The notes: a model not told the origin generated them from the sequence alone. A stretch of DNA of 13,131 nucleotides from a virus (IMGVR_UViG_2703719355_000018), one strand, 5' to 3'; shown: positions 1 to 7,584, counted from the first letter of the stretch. Numbers and translations: made by a program.

Positions 1-1260
1 ATGGCAAAGCTGACAGATATCCAAATCAAGTCATGGATTAAGGCAGGAGAGCGCTTCGAGGGGCGCTCTGACGGCAACGGGCTATACCTTCGCTATCGAG
101 CGGGGGATAAAGTACCTGTATGGCGTTTTCGATATCAGTTCGCTGGGAAATCACGGGTAATGCTTATTGGATCTTATAGCGAAATATCCCTTTCCAAAGC
201 ACGGGAAATAGCCAAGGAATTATCCGCACGTGTAGCCCTGGGCTTCGATGTCGCCGGGGAAAAGAAAGCGCGAAAAGCGGCTGCTATAGAAAAGATGGAG
301 CGGGAGAAAAACGCGCTTCGTGTGTCAGAGCTAGCAACCGAGTATTTCGAACGGCAGATTTTGGGACGCTGGAAACATCCCGATCTTCTGCGCCGGAGAA
401 TCGATAAGGATATCAACCCACATATTGGCAACATGAAGATAGAGGACGTAAAACCCCGTCATATTGATGCGATGCTACAGAGCGTTGTTGATCGTGGCGC
501 TCCAACCGTAGCTAATGACGTTCTGCGCTGGACTAAACGCATATTCGATTATGCTATCAAGCGTCATGCACTGGAATTAAACCCAGCTGGAGCATTTGAT
601 CTGTCAGACGCTGGCGGGCAGGAAAGTAGCCGTATGCGCTGGCTGACCCGTGAAGAACTTATACGTTTTTTCCAAGCTATGCGCACTGCAAAAGGATTCA
701 GCCGCGAGAACGAGCTGACCATGAAGCTAATCCTTTGCCTGTGTTGTCGCAAAATGGAGCTGTGCGGTGCTCAGTGGGATGAATTCGACCTTGATGAAGC
801 AGTGTGGCATCTACCAGCAGAACGCGTTAAAAACGGCGACGCTATTGATATACCACTACCTCCACCTGCGGTTGGTTGGTTGAGAGAGCTTCGCACTATC
901 GCGGGCAGTGGGAGTAAATGGGTTCTCCCCGCGCGGAAGATGCAACACCGCATGATTCCCCACATTCAGGAAAGCACACTCCCCGTGGCGCTGGCAAAAG
1001 TACGCCGCGAAATGCCAGAAGTACCAAACTTCACAATTCACGATTTCAGACGTACCGCCCGCACCCATTTAGCGGCGTTGGGTGTCGATCCCGTAGTCGC
1101 AGAACGTTGCCTGAATCACCGCATTAAAGGCGTTGAGGGTATCTACAACCGCCACCAGTACTTTGAAGAACGACGGGCAGCCCTGGAACTGTGGGCGGGG
1201 CTTCTGGTTTCGCTTGAACGAGGGGAAAACTACAATGTTATTCCTTTATCTAAAATATAA
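1..1260 (+). CDS. int: Tyrosine recombinase / integrase, P4 family (419 aa)
   Basis: ORF begins at window position 1. N-terminal arm-binding-like region (GNGLYLRYRAGDKVPVWRFRY) and C-terminal catalytic region with HDFRRTARTH and YNRHQY typical of P4-type integrases. Confidence 0.93.
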   Translation: MAKLTDIQIKSWIKAGERFEGRSDGNGLYLRYRAGDKVPVWRFRYQFAGKSRVMLIGSYSEISLSKAREIAKELSARVALGFDVAGEKKARKAAAIEKMEREKNALRVSELATEYFERQILGRWKHPDLLRRRIDKDINPHIGNMKIEDVKPRHIDAMLQSVVDRGAPTVANDVLRWTKRIFDYAIKRHALELNPAGAFDLSDAGGQESSRMRWLTREELIRFFQAMRTAKGFSRENELTMKLILCLCCRKMELCGAQWDEFDLDEAVWHLPAERVKNGDAIDIPLPPPAVGWLRELRTIAGSGSKWVLPARKMQHRMIPHIQESTLPVALAKVRREMPEVPNFTIHDFRRTARTHLAALGVDPVVAERCLNHRIKGVEGIYNRHQYFEERRAALELWAGLLVSLERGENYNVIPLSKI

Positions 1261-1276
1261 AAGTTTTGTTTGAAGG

Positions 1277-1379
1277 TATTCACCCTATTCACCTTTTTAA
1301 TTAACTTCATGATTTTAAATAATAAAAAAGGGTGAATACTTACAGTAAAACTAATCACCTTAGTATTCACCTGTTCACC
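1277..1379. repeat. Iteron cluster: TATTCACC at 1277-1284, 1286-1293 and 1364-1371, inverted copy GGTGAATA at 1331-1338, TGTTCACC at 1372-1379 (crr-like)
   Basis: Five copies of the octamer read directly in 100 bp of AT-rich intergenic DNA. From memory, TGTTCACC is the P4 type I iteron bound by the alpha protein at ori and crr. Confidence 0.6.
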
Positions 1380-1452
1380 TTCTAAAGCTGCTGTGGCTGC
1401 TCCCCTTGCCCGAAAACACGCCAGCCACCAGCGTTAAAAAATACAAAAATCA

Positions 1453-1476
1453 TCATCGTCCAGATCTGGACGATGA
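1453..1476. repeat. Perfect 24-bp palindrome TCATCGTCCAGATCTGGACGATGA
   Basis: Exact reverse-complement symmetry read directly; lies in the int-to-cargo intergenic region. Confidence 0.8.
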
Positions 1477-1679
1477 CGCCAGCACTCACCCTACAAAACA
1501 ACCTAACTTATTGATTTCAAAAGTAGAGAAAATCTGCTTTATGCCACTAGCTCGCACCCGTCCCCAAAAAGAAAAAGCCCGCGCTGGAGACGCACGGGCC
1601 TTTGGGTACCGATAACCATGTTTGGAATCAGCTCATTGAGTTCTGACCTCAATTTGCATGTTATCACAAGAAAAACACA

Positions 1680-1720
1680 TTGCAATAATTGCAACAACGA
1701 ATATTATCATTGCGTATAAT
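1680..1720 (+). promoter_or_regulatory. Putative promoter/operator of the plus-strand cargo operon: 15-bp palindrome TTGCAATAATTGCAA (1680-1694) and -10 TATAAT (1715-1720)
   Basis: Perfect palindrome and consensus -10 hexamer about 40 bp upstream of the 1761 start codon; the -35 is weak. Confidence 0.4.
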
Positions 1721-1760
1721 GAAACATAAATATCCGATAGAACATACTGAGGTCTGACCG

Positions 1761-2312
1761 ATGAAAGATATTACAAACATCGCAGTGACTGGCGAAGATG
1801 GCGTGGTGACGTATGCCGACGGCAGTAAAGAGGAGTTCCAGTGCAGCGGAACCGTTGCGACCATCATTGCAAGTCTTGCAACGACACTCGAGAAAGAACG
1901 CAAAATGCGCATCGCCACCGGCGACCGCCTGCGCCGCATGTACACCCGCGACAGTGATATGATTTCCCGCGGTTTGAATGGCACGTCTGCTACTTCCACG
2001 GCACCGACAGCAATGAATGCTGAGTTCATGCGTCTGGTACGTGCCGTAGCGCCGAAATACGATTCAGCACTGCCCGACGCCGACCCGCGCATCGTTGCTC
2101 TCGATGTGCTGCGCTACGCCCCTGCTGAGGCGTTCAGCGCCGTACACCCTACCCCAATGTCAGAAATCCAGCTGGATCAGGCTATCGATATACTCGAGCA
2201 GGTTGGCGACTACATGAAAGCAAACAATATCGCTCCGAAAATAATTTCTACAGGAGACGCAATCCGCAGCATCAATGCTGACAACGCCACCTTCTGGGGC
2301 AAAAAACACTAA
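1761..2312 (+). CDS. Hypothetical protein (183 aa)
   Basis: Long ORF with GAGG Shine-Dalgarno 8 nt upstream; first gene after the promoter-like region; no family recognised. Confidence 0.6.
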   Translation: MKDITNIAVTGEDGVVTYADGSKEEFQCSGTVATIIASLATTLEKERKMRIATGDRLRRMYTRDSDMISRGLNGTSATSTAPTAMNAEFMRLVRAVAPKYDSALPDADPRIVALDVLRYAPAEAFSAVHPTPMSEIQLDQAIDILEQVGDYMKANNIAPKIISTGDAIRSINADNATFWGKKH

Positions 2313-2318
2313 AGAGAT

Positions 2319-2513
2319 ATGAGCATGCCTATCTATGACCCGAAATTAGCCGCAGGCAACCCACAGCGCGCCCACCGCCCGATGCTGACCCGTCAGGATC
2401 TTGAAGCGGCAAAGGCACGCAATAACTTCGATCGCCAGAGTCGCAACCTGCAGCAACTCAACGAATCAAATGCACGGTTCTGGAGTGAACAGAATGAGAA
2501 AGCCAAACGTTAA
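2319..2513 (+). CDS. Small hypothetical protein (64 aa)
   Basis: Starts 6 nt after the stop of the upstream gene, same strand; weak RBS; alternative start at 2325. Confidence 0.4.
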   Translation: MSMPIYDPKLAAGNPQRAHRPMLTRQDLEAAKARNNFDRQSRNLQQLNESNARFWSEQNEKAKR

Positions 2514-2670
2514 GCCGGTCCTGCTGTCCGCCGAGCAGATGCAGGCCATACGCAACATTCAGGAACGTGAACGCCAGCGCTCCAATCTCGGCGTCGCTCC
2601 CACCGTTCACCAGATTGCCCGCGGCCTCATGGCTAAGGCTCTGGCCTCACTGGCAAGCGAGGGCGTGTAA
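2494..2670 (+). CDS. Small hypothetical protein (58 aa), possibly ribbon-helix-helix-like DNA-binding
   Basis: GGAG RBS 8 nt upstream of the ATG at 2494; overlaps the previous stop by 20 nt and its own stop overlaps the next start (TAATG). The 2401 start in the ORF track is rejected. Confidence 0.45.
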   Translation: MRKPNVKPVLLSAEQMQAIRNIQERERQRSNLGVAPTVHQIARGLMAKALASLASEGV

Positions 2671-3341
2671 TGGGCGCCATTCACCAGATATATGAGCAGG
2701 AAATGTTCTATAACTGGATAGGCGATGGTAAACGATGTGTAGCATTCCACGAAGCGGGCCATGCAGTAGCCGCATGGCTTATTCGCTTAGATATGCAGGT
2801 TATCGCCATTATGGATGAATCCGGCTACGTTGCTGGCGAACATGTACATGAAGCCCAGTGTTTGGGCATTGTTAAACACAGCATAATCCACAGCCACGAT
2901 CTCAGGCGTTTGCGGGAGAGTAAATCTGGTGTAGTTGGGCACGATGGCAAAGTTATCCCTTTCATACGCTACTACGCGGAAGGTATAAAGCGCGATGCAA
3001 CAAAGGCCGCTTTTGTAGCCCTCGCTGGACCAGTAAGCGAAGCCCTTTACGAAAATAACGAAATTTTCAATAAAAAGTATTCACTCCCTCACCGCTATGA
3101 CATGGCTAACGTAAATGACATGCTCGATTTAATATGTGCCACGGATAAGCAAATTAACAGGAAGTTAATGCTTTCTAAACTTGTTGAAAAGACCAAATTC
3201 CTCATGACTCAATACTGGCCGGAAGTAGGAAAAATAGCGCATTTGCTTGAGCGGGATAACATTGTTAATGGGCGCGATGTTAGCTCGCTAATCGGCCTCA
3301 ACGTCATTGACCGGGCAACGCCATTTTTGCTGGAGGAATAA
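2670..3341 (+). CDS. Predicted zinc metallopeptidase, standalone FtsH/M41-like HEAGH motif (223 aa)
   Basis: VAFHEAGHAVAAWL closely resembles the FtsH zinc-binding segment, with a downstream ALAGPVSEALY segment; no AAA ATPase domain; GAGGG RBS; start overlaps upstream stop. Confidence 0.7.
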   Translation: MGAIHQIYEQEMFYNWIGDGKRCVAFHEAGHAVAAWLIRLDMQVIAIMDESGYVAGEHVHEAQCLGIVKHSIIHSHDLRRLRESKSGVVGHDGKVIPFIRYYAEGIKRDATKAAFVALAGPVSEALYENNEIFNKKYSLPHRYDMANVNDMLDLICATDKQINRKLMLSKLVEKTKFLMTQYWPEVGKIAHLLERDNIVNGRDVSSLIGLNVIDRATPFLLEE

Positions 3342-3417
3342 CCCCTGCCCGAACTCATTCGACGATTTATTCCTCGGCGGGTAAGCTATACCGGTCTACC
3401 TAACTGCGAGCACAAGG

Positions 3418-4476
3418 ATGATGAATAATTTAATCAATCGCATTGCTTTAACCTTTCTAGCGTTAGTACTCACAGGCTGCACTGCGGGGAAAATCGATCC
3501 CGCAAAAGCGTTAACACAAATGCATATCGTCAAAAGTGATGACTATAAGAAGCGCCCCGGCTGGCCTGCGTTAGTTCGTCTGGGTACTGACGATTGTGAG
3601 ACATACAAAAGTGGCGGCGGTAGCCTCTTTAAGTGGGACGGGCTGACGTGCAACGACAAAAGCATTATCCTGGCGGTTAATAGCAAACCACAGACCATTC
3701 CAGTGTTCTACGCTGCTTACCATGAATACGGGAGCTATGGGGTCGGGGAACTATCCAATTTTGACAATAGCACCCGAACAGGTGAGGAAGCCTCGAAGAT
3801 TCTGGTTAACCTGACCACAGCATTGAACAATCCGGCAAAAGTTGACGCTATCTATGCTGACTATGAAAAGGATCGTTGGAGCATGGGACTTGGTACAGTC
3901 AACGAAAGCGATTTTAAAAAGAGCCTGGCTACTTTTGCTCAGGAACGGGATAAGCTCGCCTCTGAATACCATAGATTACGTGACGCAAACCAAAAGAGAT
4001 ACCTAGCTGAACGGGACGAACGAATCAAACGTGAGAAAGAAGAGGCCATGGCCTCTGAAAAAACGATTGATCTCGTGTTATGGCAGAATCCAACAGTTGA
4101 GCAACAGATGGTTGTTGACGCTCTGCACACTATTAAATTCACAATAAGAAACGATGGCGTGGCATACGCTAACGGTCGCCGATTTATGTCAATTGCCGGG
4201 CTGGAATATCTCAGGAATAGCCTAGCTCTGAGTATGGAGTCATGTTCAGACGCTGGAGCATATGTTGGTGATACGGCATTAAATCGCGCATGTATTCAGG
4301 GCTTGGCGAGGAACATTGTTGAGTGGGGGAAAACCGCCAACGACCGTTCTATTTCAGACAGAGCATGGAACGCAGCCGCAATGGATGGCAGCATTAACTA
4401 CAACCCAATCAAGTATGAAATCCTGTTTTCACATTGGGCAGGAATGGCCCGTGTCTACTCTGCTCGTGGATATTAA
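3418..4476 (+). CDS. Predicted lipoprotein of unknown function (352 aa)
   Basis: N-terminal signal peptide ending in lipobox LTGC (MMNNLINRIALTFLALVLTGC); AAGGA RBS; followed by an intrinsic terminator. Confidence 0.7.
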   Translation: MMNNLINRIALTFLALVLTGCTAGKIDPAKALTQMHIVKSDDYKKRPGWPALVRLGTDDCETYKSGGGSLFKWDGLTCNDKSIILAVNSKPQTIPVFYAAYHEYGSYGVGELSNFDNSTRTGEEASKILVNLTTALNNPAKVDAIYADYEKDRWSMGLGTVNESDFKKSLATFAQERDKLASEYHRLRDANQKRYLAERDERIKREKEEAMASEKTIDLVLWQNPTVEQQMVVDALHTIKFTIRNDGVAYANGRRFMSIAGLEYLRNSLALSMESCSDAGAYVGDTALNRACIQGLARNIVEWGKTANDRSISDRAWNAAAMDGSINYNPIKYEILFSHWAGMARVYSARGY

Positions 4477-4526
4477 ACATTGCGCTTCGAACTGATAAAT
4501 TTAAGCTTAATCAGTACATTACTGTT

Positions 4527-4552
4527 AGCCCGCATTTTAGCGGGCTTTCTTT
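4527..4552 (+). terminator. Rho-independent terminator after the lipoprotein gene
   Basis: Stem AGCCCGC/GCGGGCT with 6-nt loop, followed by TTCTTT. Confidence 0.6.
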
Positions 4553-4618
4553 AGTTGAGCTTTGTACAAGATGTAAATTTACATCCTGATTATCCAGTGC
4601 GCCGTAAAAGCTGGCAAT

Positions 4619-5731
4619 CTATTTAACTAAACGTAAATGTGACGGGCGTATCCCCGATTCCTGGGTACTCGATTTTCCACCATTGATAGCTTCCATAAAG
4701 AAGCTGTTACTGAAAGTAAGTGCACTCACTTCGTCCGCTGGTAACCTCAACTGCTCGAGAATATCTCCCCTTTTAACGCCTTTGCTGCGTAGGGCTGAAA
4801 ACACTTTATCCAGCACTAATGACTTTTCACGTTCAGCAATCCCTTGAGGCTCACTCGTACGATATCCACGGCGAGCAAGTTCTATCGATAGCTGTCGATA
4901 ATGCCATTCGGTAGATAAACCGACATCAAACGTACGGCGCACCAAAGCCGCCAATGATACCCGCCAGTTCTTTTTTAACGAGATGAGTAGATCAAGCGAT
5001 GGCATTCTTGGCACTAAAGCTAAAATACTACGCTCAGGCATCAAAAAGGCCGATGCGAATCGATCTGCATCCTGCTCAGCTTGGCGGCCGTTGTTAGTTG
5101 AATGTTTATGGAGAACCAAGTGCCCCAGTTCATGAGCTGCATCGAATCGACTACGCTCCGGCGTTTTCATTGTATTCAAAAGCACAAAAGGTTTTTCATC
5201 CATCCAGAACGAAAAGGCGTCTACTTCAATACAATTTTCCGCGAGAGAGAACACACGGACCCCATTAGCTTCAAGAAGATGGACCATGTTAGAGATGGAT
5301 AATTCACCTATCCCCCAACTTTCTCTAACCACGCGAGCAGCTCGCTCAGGCTCAGAATAACCATCGAAACTACAATCAGGTACATTAGGTTTAGGAAGCT
5401 TAAACTGCCCGTCAATCCAAGCTGATAGCTCTTGCGCGAGCTTTCCGGCTCCGAGTGCTGAGTCCCTTTTCTGTGCCGTCAACTTTGTCATTGCACGGAA
5501 ACTAACGGCTTCTGGCGACAGAGTAGGTACATCCCTGTCGAAGAAGAACTCAATCGGATAGCCCAGAACAGCAGAAATCCGTTCCATGGTATCGCTGGCT
5601 ATGGCATCAAAAATCCCTGCTTTCTCGTAATTCGAAATCGTCTTACTAGTCAATTCTGTAGCTTCAGCTAAAGCTCTTTGTGTCAGGCCTCTCCGTTCTC
5701 TGGCTATACGTAAACGCTCTGAATTAAACAT
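4619..5731 (-). CDS. Fused XRE-family HTH / ImmA-IrrE (COG2856) zinc metallopeptidase regulator (370 aa)
   Basis: N-terminal HTH (LRIARERRGLTQRALAEATELTSKTISNYE); HExxH as HELGHLVLH, followed by the family-typical FASAFLMPE segment. Confidence 0.85.
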   Translation of the reverse strand: MFNSERLRIARERRGLTQRALAEATELTSKTISNYEKAGIFDAIASDTMERISAVLGYPIEFFFDRDVPTLSPEAVSFRAMTKLTAQKRDSALGAGKLAQELSAWIDGQFKLPKPNVPDCSFDGYSEPERAARVVRESWGIGELSISNMVHLLEANGVRVFSLAENCIEVDAFSFWMDEKPFVLLNTMKTPERSRFDAAHELGHLVLHKHSTNNGRQAEQDADRFASAFLMPERSILALVPRMPSLDLLISLKKNWRVSLAALVRRTFDVGLSTEWHYRQLSIELARRGYRTSEPQGIAEREKSLVLDKVFSALRSKGVKRGDILEQLRLPADEVSALTFSNSFFMEAINGGKSSTQESGIRPSHLRLVK

Positions 5732-5740
5732 GGTGCATAT

Positions 5741-6460
5741 TTAGCCTGTTTTTAAAATGTCGAGATCGATATCCGGTGTAAACTGCGGTACATCACCGTT
5801 CTGAACAATAGGGTCAGGTTGATGAGGAGCAATAATTAAACGTGTGGAGAAGGCATTAACTACATTCTTGTTATTGTATGAAATCGGGCGTGAAAGCTCA
5901 GCTCGGATCCCCACGCGCTCATCCCCGTCAATTTCATAAAAATCGTAAAGTAAAAACCATAAGTCCAGTCCGATTTTATTCGGTAGCAGTGGTATAACAT
6001 CACCTTCCGGCATGTCTAAATCCAGCTTAAGCTGGCTATCATCCAGGATAAGCTCACCCTGACCCGGGGTGTTATTATGGATTAACCCCATCAGCTCACA
6101 AGTAAAATCACCTTTCTTCATGCGAGACTCAGGAAATCCATGAACCAAACCTGTCTGATCACACCCCCGGCAGAGGTAAAGGGCAACTTTATCACTTACA
6201 GTCAGTTCAACATTTCGCAGAGACAGACGTTTGTAGCCTTTCGGAGCCAGAATGTCGCGGGCTGCACTCACCCCCTCACCATAGAAATATTGCCCACGTG
6301 AGGTCTTGGGGTGATTCTGAGTCGTCGAATAACGACCAGACAAGCCACGCTCAAGAATACGCCTGAGATCACTTTGGCTCAGATTCAGGGACTGCAGGTA
6401 GGATTCAACATCGTCAGGATCTGCCAAAACAATGGTTTTTGCGAGATTATGAGAGTACAT
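5741..6460 (-). CDS. Hypothetical protein (239 aa), first gene of a two-gene operon with the HTH-ImmA regulator; candidate effector/toxin
   Basis: AAGAGG RBS 8 nt upstream of the ATG; stop lies 9 nt before the downstream start; no family recognised. Confidence 0.65.
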   Translation of the reverse strand: MYSHNLAKTIVLADPDDVESYLQSLNLSQSDLRRILERGLSGRYSTTQNHPKTSRGQYFYGEGVSAARDILAPKGYKRLSLRNVELTVSDKVALYLCRGCDQTGLVHGFPESRMKKGDFTCELMGLIHNNTPGQGELILDDSQLKLDLDMPEGDVIPLLPNKIGLDLWFLLYDFYEIDGDERVGIRAELSRPISYNNKNVVNAFSTRLIIAPHQPDPIVQNGDVPQFTPDIDLDILKTG

Positions 6461-6489
6461 CGGAAAAGCCTCTTATATATTTTCTATTT

Positions 6490-6518
6490 TTTATACCTCA
6501 TTTGAGGTTTAAAAACAA
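6490..6518 (-). promoter_or_regulatory. Sigma70-like promoter for the minus-strand operon with an embedded palindromic operator
   Basis: On the minus strand: -35 TTGTTT (6513-6518), 17-nt spacer, -10 TATAAA (6490-6495); 14-bp palindrome ACCTCA-TT-TGAGGT (6495-6508) fills the spacer. Confidence 0.5.
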
Positions 6519-6526
6519 GAAAATCA

Positions 6527-6542
6527 CTGTATAAAATCTCAG
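6527..6542. promoter_or_regulatory. LexA-like box CTGTATAAAATCTCAG (CTG-N10-CAG) in the divergent intergenic region
   Basis: Left half matches the LexA consensus CTGTATAT; right half keeps only CAG. Confidence 0.3.
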
Positions 6543-6666
6543 AGATAATCGACAGATTAGAGAGTATTATCCATATTGAGGCTATCCCGACGGGGAGAAA
6601 AGCGACTACGCCTTGCCGCCTGCCTCCCCCATTATCTCAAGGCGGTGACGTGTAAGGCGAACGTGC

Positions 6667-7485
6667 ATGAGTGGTTTTGTTTTTCCTTTCGAGTTTCAAC
6701 CAGTGCCAGAGGCATTGGCAATCCTGAACGACATGGATATTGCTCCCTTTGAAATAACCGAAAAACACCTAGAAAGCTGGTGGGCGGAGGGGAAAATTCA
6801 ACTGTGCTTTAACTGGGGTAGATTCTGGAAAGCTGGCTTAGCCGACGAACTGGCAAAAACAGAAGGCTACGCAGAATTAGGGGCGAAAGAAAAGATCACT
6901 GCGCTCAATGCTGTATCCGCTTCCCCCGAGGCTAACATCAGTCTTGTCGTGCCATCTTACAGCGATTTAAGTTTTATCTGGCGCGGGCATAGCGACGATC
7001 CACTCCCCTGTATCGAGGCCAAACCCTACGGGCTTGATCAACCTTTTGTTATCAAACGCGTTCCTCACACCTGCGAGGACTATTGCGATTACGGTACGCA
7101 GCATTGGGAAAAACTTTACCATTCGCTGCACATTTCGAGTATGGTGCTGCCGCGTGCTGAAGCTGAAAAAATTTATTATCTCTGCAACCCTACAGCTATT
7201 CCAGGCATGGACGAAAAGACGGCATCTGCAGTATCTGCGAAAACGGTTAACTATCTGGCCACTGCTTTAAAAGCTTTTATTCACATCCATTACGGGGCTG
7301 ATGTGGCGGACAACCTGCGCAAACATCTTGAGGATCCCACCAGTGATATACGGAAAGACTTTGCGAATAAAGGGATCAAAGCGCCAGGTGGAAAAGCGCT
7401 GGCCAGCCATCTGAAAAATATTCTGATTGAAGTTTTACCCGCGCTCGACAACGTCGATGTGGAGAGTGACGCTGGTAATACATAA
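6667..7485 (+). CDS. Hypothetical protein (272 aa), Cys/His-rich central segment
   Basis: Long ORF divergent from the minus-strand operon; AAGG RBS-like sequence upstream; HTCEDYCDYGTQHW segment; no family recognised. Confidence 0.6.
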   Translation: MSGFVFPFEFQPVPEALAILNDMDIAPFEITEKHLESWWAEGKIQLCFNWGRFWKAGLADELAKTEGYAELGAKEKITALNAVSASPEANISLVVPSYSDLSFIWRGHSDDPLPCIEAKPYGLDQPFVIKRVPHTCEDYCDYGTQHWEKLYHSLHISSMVLPRAEAEKIYYLCNPTAIPGMDEKTASAVSAKTVNYLATALKAFIHIHYGADVADNLRKHLEDPTSDIRKDFANKGIKAPGGKALASHLKNILIEVLPALDNVDVESDAGNT

Positions 7486-7546
7486 CCCCGGAACATTCCA
7501 TATATTCCGACGCATTAGAATATTCCAGAGCCCATCACCATAACCT

Positions 7547-7584
7547 TGCGATTACCTTCTCACTCAATAGCAGGTAATCGCATG
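7547..7584 (+). promoter_or_regulatory. Stem-loop covering the alpA ribosome-binding site and start codon
   Basis: 10-bp inverted repeat TGCGATTACC (7547-7556) / GGTAATCGCA (7573-7582), 16-nt loop; the 3-prime arm contains the AGGT SD-like motif and the A of the ATG. Confidence 0.5.

Noticed and set aside
174-1127. Five short ORFs inside or antisense to the integrase gene (174-434, 564-752, 771-965, 856-1068, 918-1127)
   Set aside because: Embedded in a well-supported integrase CDS, Arg/Ser-rich translations typical of off-frame reading, no RBS.
1406-2092. ORFs 1406-1615 (+) and 1664-2092 (-) in the int-cargo intergenic region
   Set aside because: No RBS; the first lies over the 24-bp palindrome and promoter-like DNA, the second runs antisense across the promoter and the start of the 183-aa gene.
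2401-2670. 89-aa version of the third small cargo gene starting at 2401
   Set aside because: It overlaps the upstream 64-aa gene by 113 nt in another frame; the internal ATG at 2494 has a proper RBS.
3751-4142. Antisense ORFs 3751-3972 and 3939-4142 inside the lipoprotein gene
   Set aside because: Fully contained antisense to a CDS with a clear signal peptide; no start context.
5102-5302. 66-aa plus-strand ORF antisense to the HTH-ImmA gene
   Set aside because: Lies within the conserved peptidase-domain coding region on the opposite strand.
5741-6460. Possible HEPN-like R-x6-H motif (RYSTTQNH) in the 239-aa protein
   Set aside because: A single short motif without surrounding conservation is too weak to assign a nuclease fold.
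7034-7496. ORFs 7034-7270 (+) and 7290-7496 (-) overlapping the 272-aa gene
   Set aside because: Alternative-frame or antisense ORFs within a longer CDS; no independent support.
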